This document shows positions 55,515-64,000 of a stretch of 64,000 nt of DNA, one piece after another (position 1 is the stretch's first letter; the number at the start of each line of letters is the position of its first letter). Source of the DNA: the human T2T-CHM13v2.0 reference genome, Homo sapiens; assembly GCF_009914755.1 (NCBI RefSeq), contig NC_060935.1; one strand, given 5' to 3'. The position numbers and the translations under genes are program-made. A model generated the notes under the pieces. That model saw only the letters and a program-made list of their open reading frames with translations. It was not told the DNA's origin and made no database searches.

Positions 55515-56705
55515 ATTTCTTTTTTTATTGATAAACTTTATTTTTTAGAACAGTTTAAGGTTTACATTAAAATTCAACAGAGAGTACAGAGAGTTTTCAT
55601 ATACCCCTTGTTCCCACATATATACAACTTCCCCCACTGTCAGTGTCCCATAGCAAAATGGTACATTTGTACATAGCAAATGGTACAAATGGTACATTTG
55701 TACCATTTCAGTCAATGAACCTATGTTGATTTATTGTTATCACTCAAGTCCATAATTTACCTTAGGGTTCACTATTGGTGGTGTAAATTCTACGGATTTT
55801 CACAAATGTGTAGTGACATGTATCCACCATTGTAGTAACATTCAGAATAGTTTCCCTGCCCTAAAAATCCTCTGTGCGCCACCTATTTACCCCCTCCAAT
55901 CCCGGCAACCACTCATCTTTTTACTATCTGCATAGTTTTGCCTTTTCCAGAATGTCATCTAGTTGGAATCATACAGTATGTAGCCTTCTCAGATTAGCTT
56001 CTTTCACTTAGGAATATGCCTTTAAGTCCTCCATGCCTTTTCATGGCTTGATAGCTCATTTCTTTTTAGTGCTGAATACTATTCCATTTTCTGGATGTAC
56101 TACAGTTTATTTTATCTACTCACCTACTTACTGAAGGACATCTTGGTTGCTTCCAAGTTTGGGCAGTTATGAATAAAGCTGCTGTAAACATCTGTATGCA
56201 AGTTTTTGTGTGGACATGAGTTTTCAGTTCATTTAGGTAAATACTAAGGAGCATGACTGCTGGATCGTATGGTAAGATTATGATTAGTTTTATAAGAAAC
56301 TGCCAAACTGTCTTCCAAAGTGGCTGTATCATTTTGCATTCCCACCAGCAGTTCAAGAGTTCCTCTTGCTCTACATCCTTACCAGAGTTTGATGTTCTCA
56401 GTGTTTTGGATTTTGACTATTCTAATAGGTATATTGGGGTATCTTGTTTTAATCTGCAATTCTCTAATGATGTATGATATTGAACATCTTCTCATATGCT
56501 TGTTTGCTATCAGTATGTCTTCTTTGGTGAGGTGTCTGTTCAGGTCTGTGGCCCATTTTGTAGCCAGATTGTTTTTTATTCCTTATTATTAAGTTTTAAG
56601 GGTTCTTTGTATATTTTGAATAACAGTTCTTTATGAGATATGTCTTCTGCAAATACGTTCTCCCAGTCTGTGACTTTTTTTCTCATTCTCTTGATGTTGT
56701 CTTTT
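55515..56705 (-). mobile_element. L1MC-like 3' end and ORF2 C-terminal remnant
   Basis: Minus ORF 56120-56356 WWECKMIQPLWKTVWQFL...PYDPA...WKQPRCPS. L1MC-type 3'UTR (TTTAGAACAGTTTAAGGTTTACA...AGTACAGAGAGTT). Confidence 0.9.
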
Positions 56706-57284
56706 AGCTTATTTCTGAAAATACCTACATAATTAGAAATAACTCTAACCTACAACTGAAGAAACATAAACTTAGTTTAATTTACCATAGAGGTTTTAAA
56801 AGTGGGAAATAAGTTTTAAAATCCAATGTTTTGCATAAGGAAGCTGTTTATTTCACCTTGTCACCCCTTGAGCTAACTTTTCTTCCTCCTTGATGGAAAT
56901 GCCATTCTAAGGGATGAGGATAGTTGTGACTTGGGGTAGTTACACACCAGAGACCTCATAAATTGCTCCTCTGTCTTTACCCTTGCTGAAGGTTGATAAA
57001 AATAGGATGGGACTATGTTGTTCTATGAAATAGACTTGATGATGCATTGTAAAATTGACCAGCTTCATTATTATAGAAAAATTTTTCCTGTGTGGAAGAC
57101 CTACCTGACTTAGAAGTCAAGTATTGACTTGGAGAATACATTTTCTCATAGCTATAAGAAGAGTTTCATTTTAGGACTAAAAATCTTAATTTGTTACATA
57201 TTCTCCTTACTCAAAGGTTCAGGTTTTTTGTTTTTGTTTGTTTTAAATTTTAGATCCATCTCTCCTGTCACCAAATTGATAATA

Positions 57285-57607
57285 CAGTCAACCCTCCATA
57301 TTCATGGACTTCATCCATGCATTCAACCAACTGCAGATTGAAAATACATGGGGAAGAAGGGTAGTTGTGTCTGCACTGAACATGCACAGACTTTTTTCTT
57401 GTCATTATTCCCTAAACAATACAGTATCACAATTATTTACATTGTATTAGCTATTAAAAGTAACCTAGAGATAAAGTATGCAGGAGGGTTTGTGTAAGTT
57501 ATATGCAAATGCTATACTGTTTTATATAAGGGACTTGAGCATCTGCGGATTTTGGTATCTGTAGGAGGTCCTGGAAACCAGTCCCCCATGGATACGAGGG
57601 ACAGCTG
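57285..57607. mobile_element. MER2 TcMar-Tigger element
   Basis: TA-CAGTCAACCCTCCATAT...GATACGAGGGACAGCTG-TA, i.e. terminal inverted repeats with TA TSDs. Confidence 0.9.
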
Positions 57608-58090
57608 TATTTAGTTTCTGGTTCTGTTGACCTTGCCTCATTTTAGAATTTTTCAGGTAAAAATTTGAGTATGTTAGTATCAACTCTGATCGATAGTTTT
57701 ATTCCATGAGTCTATATTTGAGTGAAATGAGTTGGTCACATAGCTTTCTTTAAATTACGTAATCATGGCATACATCCTGCTTATTGATGAAACTACTACC
57801 AGTGACCCCTCTTTATAAGTCACTTTGGTAGAAAATGAGTAGATGAGAGGATGTTAGACAATAACACTCTCTTAACCCGTGGATCACAGAGGTAGGAGAG
57901 GCTATGGGGAAGTTTTTGTGGTTTTAACTGTGTTCTGCTCTTGCCTTGGATGAAGAAAACTTTCAGACCGTTTAGTTTATGATCATTTTAACATTTCAGA
58001 AGTTACTAATTGAGCTAATATTTTTGCTATGTTTCTCTTCTTATTTATGTGCATCTCTGGATTTACTTAAACAATATGTTCTCAAATTAG

Positions 58091-58217
58091 GTTTGCAGTC
58101 CTGGGAAGACATTGATAAACTAAATTCATTTCCCAAACTGGAAGAAGTGAGATTGTTAGGAATTCCTCTTCTGCAGCCATATACCACCGAGGAGCGAAGG
58201 AAATTGGTAATAGCCAG
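58091..58217 (+). CDS. TBCEL: TBCEL coding exon (127 nt; [43 protein letters not shown])
   Basis: CAAATTAG|GT acceptor and CAG|GTCTGT donor, phase 1 to 2. Last LRR and start of an LRR-cap motif. Confidence 0.95.
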
Positions 58218-59139
58218 GTCTGTTGTCCTGATCGTTTTGCTTTATTTTTGTGAGGCCTTATTGTTTCATTAAAGGAATAATGCACTGTTTAGTGGGAGTG
58301 CACTATGAAATTATTCATCCTTTGAGCAGACTGTGCTTGAGGGAGCTGCCCCTGTAGCTCCAAATCCTGGATGAAAAGGAATGCGAGCACTATGATGAGG
58401 AAAACATGAGATGTAATTGGGCTGCTGACACCACTGAAAAATTTTTCTACAAATCTGTTTTTATGCTTTTCAATACTTAGAATATTTGAAGTCCTGTTTT
58501 GGGTCACAAAGTAAAAGTACGTACAGTAGGGAATCATTTCTATTCTTATTTTCTCTGTTAACATGTTGATCATTTAGATTGTAAATTCCTGAAACTTGGG
58601 CTGTTTCATTAGTGGAAAACTTAAGAGGGCAGCATCTGCATTTTCTTCTTGAATGTAGATTGACTTAAATATGACCACAATTATTATCTTCTGTCTGACT
58701 CCCCTTGCCTTTTGTGTCTCAGCCTCTGCCTCCACATACTCGGGAATTTCCCATGAGTATTTATTTTTGTATGAACCTTTAGCAGAAATAAGATTTAGGC
58801 TAAAATGCAAGGGCCATAGAGCTTTGCTTTTTTTCTCTTTGTATACTATACATAGCAGTTTTGAAAGGGGAACTGTAGGCTTTAAGGTTCTCTAAAGAAG
58901 AGTGGTTCTTTAAACAGGTTGTTGATCTTTGTGACAATCTAATGCTTAGCAGATCCTTATGCTTTGCAGTTGTTAACGTACACATTAATATCTTTCTGAA
59001 GAAATAAATGTGAGCATACTTTTCTTTGAAGAATACGTCTTGCAGTAGGTCTTGTGCTTTATTTTCTTTACACAATTCTTTTGCAAATATAATAAGTTAA
59101 TTCTTGAATTATATAACCCAGTTTTACTGACTACTCTCT

Positions 59140-59466
59140 AGACTGGGCTGTTTAATATGGTAGCCATTAGCTATGTGTGGCTATGAGTACTTGAAATATG
59201 TCTTGTCTGAATTGAAATGTGCTATAAGGGTAAAATAAATACTGGATTTCAAATATTTTATATGACTAAAAATGTAAATTAGCTCATTTAAAAATATTGA
59301 TTACATGTCAAAATGATTATATATTCTGGATACATTGGGTTAAGTGAAATATATTATTAAAATTAATTTCATGTGTTTAATTTTTATTTTTTAAAAATGC
59401 GGCCATTAAAGAATTTAAAATTACATATGTGGCTTCATTATATTAATGTAAGTTGGACAGTGCTGC
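59140..59466. mobile_element. MER33-like hAT-Charlie element
   Basis: GCTGTTTAATATGGTAGCCATTAGCTATGTGTGGCTA...AATTTAAAATTACATATGTGGC...TTGGACAGTGCTG. Confidence 0.85.
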
Positions 59467-59714
59467 CTAGAATCTTGTTGTGCAAGGGGAGGTATGATTA
59501 TGAAAGTTCAGTGTCACATGAAAGTGAAACTCAATTTTTTTTGTCCTTTCGGTTTAGACCACTTTAGTTCATGTCAGTAGTTGTATACAAATGGAACTAC
59601 ATCAAATGTGTCCTTTCAAGAAAATAAGACTGGGCCACAAGCCAATTAGTTTCTTTCTAAAGCTAAATATATTAGTATCTTAAAAAATGTCTTTATTTTG
59701 GTTTTAACTTATAG

Positions 59715-59831
59715 ATTGCCATCAGTTTCCAAACTTAATGGCAGCGTTGTTACTGATGGTGAACGAGAAGATTCTGAGAGATTTTTTATTCGTTACTATG
59801 TGGATGTTCCACAGGAAGAAGTGCCATTCAG
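59715..59831 (+). CDS. TBCEL: TBCEL coding exon (117 nt; [38 protein letters not shown]); gene continues beyond window
   Basis: TTAACTTATAG|A acceptor and CAG|GTAAAA donor, phase 2 to 2. Cumulative CDS is 956 nt with no stop. The terminal exon (ubiquitin-like domain) is not in the window. Confidence 0.96.
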
Positions 59832-60934
59832 GTAAAAAATTCCCCATTGGCCAAACACTTTAGAGGGTGGTGATGCCAGTTAAGAACTCTAGTGTTAGAG
59901 CAAAATCTAATCATTTGTTATTGGACCCTTCTTAGAGAACTTTGTTAATACGTTAAAAAAAAGGAAGAAACACAAGAGCAAACCTATTTTATCTCATTTT
60001 CCACAGTATATTTCTTTCAGCTTTGCACATGTATTAACACATGTATTAAGAATGATTGGGTAAGTATTTGACAATTCCAGTAGTTCCTGCTGCATACTCC
60101 ATATCACTGATTCTTTTTTGATCTTTTTCTTTGGGGTACATTTTTACCTACCCCCCCAAATTAGTCTGTTCATTCATGTTGGATCTACTTTTAGGATATA
60201 CTAAGTTCTCCGGTTAGGAAGATTTGGCAAATGTGCAGTAAGTTCACAAAATATGAATATGAGAAAAGGACTGGAAAATAGACTCTTGAGGAAATATTAA
60301 AGGAATTAGTATGGTGAATATAAAGAGAAATGCTGAGGGCTAAATTAGTAAATATCTTTAAGTATATGAAGAGTTAATAAATATTGTCTAGTGAGGAACT
60401 AACTTTAATTCTGTAAATGTAAAAGGAAATGTAGCAGGTATGATATAGGCAAACATTCAAGAAAAAAAAATACCCCCCAAAACAGGTTTCTGGGTATTGA
60501 TAACTAGAATCGGTTATTGGAAAAGTTATGTGCTTTTCTTCCTTAATGACTTTAAGGATAATATGAATACCCATTTGACTGGAGGAGTTTTAGACAAACA
60601 GCCTGAATGTGAGTCACATTAGTTGTTCTTTTGGTTACAGAATGTCTGTGGCTTTAATTTATTCTGTGGTTCTAATTCATTCTTATTGAATGTGTCTATT
60701 TTCCCCCCAAAGTTCTCTATTGTTTGTAGATTTTAAGGGGGTTAACATTCTATAAGTCTCAATCAGTGTCATATAACAAGACTTTGTGGTATCATCAGTA
60801 GTGTTTTAAAGCCTAAGCATTTAAGAATATCAGACAAATTAAGTGAGATTTTTAAGATAACTTTTAAAAACAATCTGAGAACAACTAGGTAGGGGAAAAT
60901 AGATACTACTTTATCATTTAACACAACCTAGGTA

Positions 60935-61014
60935 TATTAGGTTAAACCAGATGAAATTTTTTTTAGGTAAAAAATGCTATAGTATCTATGGTTTCATTTG
61001 GTTTAATCTAACAT
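60935..61014. mobile_element. MADE2-like mariner MITE (~80 bp)
   Basis: TTAGGTTAAACCAGATGAAA ... TTTCATTTGGTTTAATCTAA inverted termini. Confidence 0.8.
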
Positions 61015-61179
61015 ATTAATGGATTTGTTAGATTAATAAATATTATAGCTTTGAGCATAAGTCTGCCATCAGAGTTTATTTAACTTCCAGTCTACTACAA
61101 AAGGTTTTTTGTATGTAGACAGACACACACATACACATATATATATATACATGTACATACATACATACATACGTCCATA

Positions 61180-62334
61180 CAGTCATCCATTGCTTAATGA
61201 CAGGGACATGTTCTGAGAAATTTATCATTAGGTGATTTTATGTTGCAAACATCATAGAGTATACTTACACAAACCTAGGTGGTATAGCCTACTACACACC
61301 TAGGCTATATGGTACAGCCTATTACTCCTAGGCTATAAACCTGTACAGCATGTGACTATAATGAATGTTGTAACACAATGGTAAGTATTTGTGTATCTAA
61401 ATACATCTAAACATAGAACAGGTACAGTGACGACATGGTATAAAAGATAAAAACTGCTATACCTGTCTAGGGTACTTACCACGAAAATCTTGCGGGACTG
61501 GAGTTTGCTGTGGAAGAGTCAGTGAGTGAGTGGTGAGTGAATGTGGAGGCCTAGGACATTACTGTACACTACTATAGACTTTATCAACACTGTACACTTA
61601 GGCTGTACTACATTTATACAATTTTTTTCTTTCTTTAATAGTAAATCAACCTTAGCTTAGTTTAACTTTTTTACTTTATAAGCTTTCTAATTTTTTAAAA
61701 CGTTTTGACTCTTTTGTAATAACATTTAGTTTAAAATGCAAACATTGTACAGCTGTACCAAAGCATTTTGTTCATATCTTTATTCTATAAGCATTATTTT
61801 TAAAATTTTATTTTTCTACTTTTTAAATTTTTTTTTTAATTGAAAATGAAGCCACAAACACACAAAACACTATCCTGATCCTGATGGTCAGGATCAATAT
61901 CACTATCTTCCACCTTCACATCTTTTCTCACTAGAAGGTCATCAGGGCAGTGACATATATGGAGTCTTTATCTCCTATGATAGTAGTGCCTTCCTCTGGA
62001 ATACCTCCTGAAAGACCTGCCTGAGGCTGTTTTACAGTTAATTTCTTTTTTTTATAAGTAGGAGTACACCTGAAATAATGATAAATAGTATAATAAATCC
62101 GTAAGCCAGTAACATGGTCATTGATTATCCAGTATTATGTACTGTACATAATTTTATGTGCTGTACATTTATACAGCAGTGTAGTAAGTTTGTTTATACC
62201 AGCGTCACTCAAGTGCTTGAGTTATATGTTGCGTTATGATGCTAAGATGTCACAGCTGCATTGTAATCTTATGGGACCACTGTTGTATCTGTGGTCCATT
62301 GTTGACCAAAATGTCTTCATGTGGCACCTAACTG
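61180..62334. mobile_element. Tigger3 (Tigger3b-like) DNA transposon
   Basis: TA-CAGTCATCCATTGCTTAATGACAGGG...ATGTGGCACCTAACTG-TA, with internal ACACAAACCTAGGTGGTATAGCCTACTACACACCTAGGCTATATGG. Confidence 0.9.
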
Positions 62335-62391
62335 TACAGTGAATTGTTTTCTGTCCCTGATGGTATAATTATCCTAAGTGCATTTATACTT

Positions 62392-63050
62392 CTGTACTAG
62401 TTGGTGTTCTTGAATGCGAGTCATAGAAACCAGCTTTGATTAACTTTATTCAGGAAAGGAATTTATTGAAAGACTACTGGGAAATGAAAATAATTGTTAG
62501 GTAGGATGGAAAACCAACTTTAGACAGGAACCAAGGGAGTCAAGGATAGATACAGTTTGAACTCTTGTTGTGCTTCATATATTGCTGCTGGCACTGTCAT
62601 CTCTAGACACCACATGCTGGACTTTACCACTGGACACTTGCAGCTGCATCATTGGACTTTTTATTCCCTCATGAGTGCTGAAAATAATCTCTCACTGTCC
62701 TTTTTTTTCTCCATTTAAAAAATATTTACTAAGTACTTACCATGTGACTAGCAGTGTTGTTGGTGCAGTTAATAGAAGTGAACAAAGTTCCTACCTTCAT
62801 GGAGCTCATATTCTAATGGGATTTCTCACTCGCCTTTACTTCATTCCCCAAGAATCAAAAATCTGCATGGGACCAACTGGCTATGTTTAGGACATGTATT
62901 CATACCCCATCTCAAGATATAGGGAGGTGGATTATCTGCTCCATTTTAGCTTCTGCAGGTGGGGTAAAATCTTGTTTCCTCTGATCTTGGGACTTTCACT
63001 CAAATAGGAACAATTCAGAAAAAAAAAATAGTAAGTGTTACTGTCTTCTA
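62392..63050 (-). mobile_element. Old MaLR (MLT1-type) LTR containing a short L2-like piece (~62715-62820)
   Basis: TGTACTAGTTGGTGTTCTTG...AGAAACCAGCTTTGATTAACTT...AAAGGAATTTATTGAAAG typical of reverse-strand MLT1 ends. Confidence 0.55.
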
Positions 63051-64000
63051 CTAGGACTCTTCAATATCTACGCATACATTTTCCCCATAGTTATATTTTT
63101 AAAAATTATTCTTATCTGCCCTAATGCATTCCTTGCACAAATGAAAATACATTTCTCTCTCCTTAAATGACATAACCTAAATCTTATGAATTGCTGCATC
63201 TAGTTCCCAGTCTTGGATGTTTGGGTGGTATTCATTTCTCCTTTATTTCCATATCTTTAAATCTATTGATCCAGTTGTAAACTTAACTACCCTGGTATAT
63301 AGTGTTTACAGAATAATGGGAAAAATAGAGAAGAAAGAAAAGGAAAGTTAAAGTTCACAAGCAATTACATGAAACAGGAAAGAACAACATATAAATATGG
63401 ACTGATGCTCTCATTTTTCTACACTGGGGCTATAATTGGTATTTACGACTTCCCTCTTCCATTATTTGCCTTTTTTTCTTCGCTTGCACCTAACTTTGCC
63501 TGCACATAACTTTGTTGGACAGTGTTCTGTACCTGTTTGTTGGGGGAGAGGGGTGGATCTCAATCTTTTCTGGTAGAATCTACACTTTTGGAAGTTTTAC
63601 TTGTATTTGGTTTTAGTAGTCTTAGATTAATCTACTTTTTACCACTAGTCCTGGTAATACCAGGAGATACCACCAGGGTTCCATCCACACTCGTATATTA
63701 CCCCTCTTGTATTTCTCCTTGACAGTCAAGATTACTTATCTTAGCTGACAAGCTCATTTTTAAGTGGGGCTTGTGGGTAGGGGATGATTTTTCCTAGTAA
63801 TTTGTAGAACTTAAATTCAGTACTTGGAAGTCTCAGCTTCCAGTTGGAATAATTGTTGTAGCACTAGTGCAGACATGCCTTTGGGTTCTAAAGCCGCTAA
63901 ACCTAGGAATATGAAATAAGAGTTTTGCAAGTTAGTCACTAGATGTAATCATGAGCTGTATTGTGTTTTTCACATTTACCCTTGAGTTTGCAGACCTGTC
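63050..64000 (-). mobile_element. ERVL/MaLR internal sequence remnant
   Basis: Minus strand has CAACAATTATTCCAACTGGAAGCTGAGACTTCCA, TCTTGACTGTCAAGGAGAAAT and GGTATCTCCTGGTATTACC, resembling the 3' internal region of ERVL/MLT-int. Confidence 0.55.

Noticed and set aside
55055-58223. Minor-spliceosome (U12) intron to explain the weak sites around exon 58091-58217
   Set aside because: Donors are GTGAGG and GTCTGT, not RTATCCTT, and there is no convincing TCCTTAAC branch site.

Overview
Primate, most likely human, genomic DNA (AluJ/S/Y, THE1, LTR12C, L1M, L2, MIR, MER DNA transposons). It contains the 5' part of TBCEL (tubulin-folding cofactor E-like, LRRC35) on the + strand. Visible parts of the gene: a CpG-island promoter (~23.7-24.4 kb) with an RFX X-box and paired E-boxes, non-coding exon 1 (ends 24037), a probable 108-nt 5'UTR cassette exon (36249-36356), and six coding exons (45436-59831) that splice in phase into codons 1-318 of the LRR protein. 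The last coding exon lies beyond the window. The first 21 kb is repeat-rich intergenic DNA, and a complete sense-oriented solo LTR12C with a perfect 5x20-bp expansion ends ~1.3 kb upstream of the promoter. No prokaryotic-type system, CRISPR array or novel gene is supported, and almost all ORF-track entries are repeat or GC noise. The best candidates for undescribed biology are regulatory and inferred from sequence only: (i) a cassette-exon uORF in frame with TBCEL whose single stop could be removed by a tandem acceptor 9 nt downstream; (ii) a back-splice ORF across exons 3-8 giving an LRR-only protein; (iii) LTR12C as an alternative promoter with a candidate VNTR; (iv) a weak exon 7 with possible NMD-escaping and intronic-polyA outcomes; (v) a pre-miRNA-sized hairpin and several template-switch palindromes. 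Repeat subfamily calls come from recognising consensus sequences by eye, and boundaries of old repeats are approximate.
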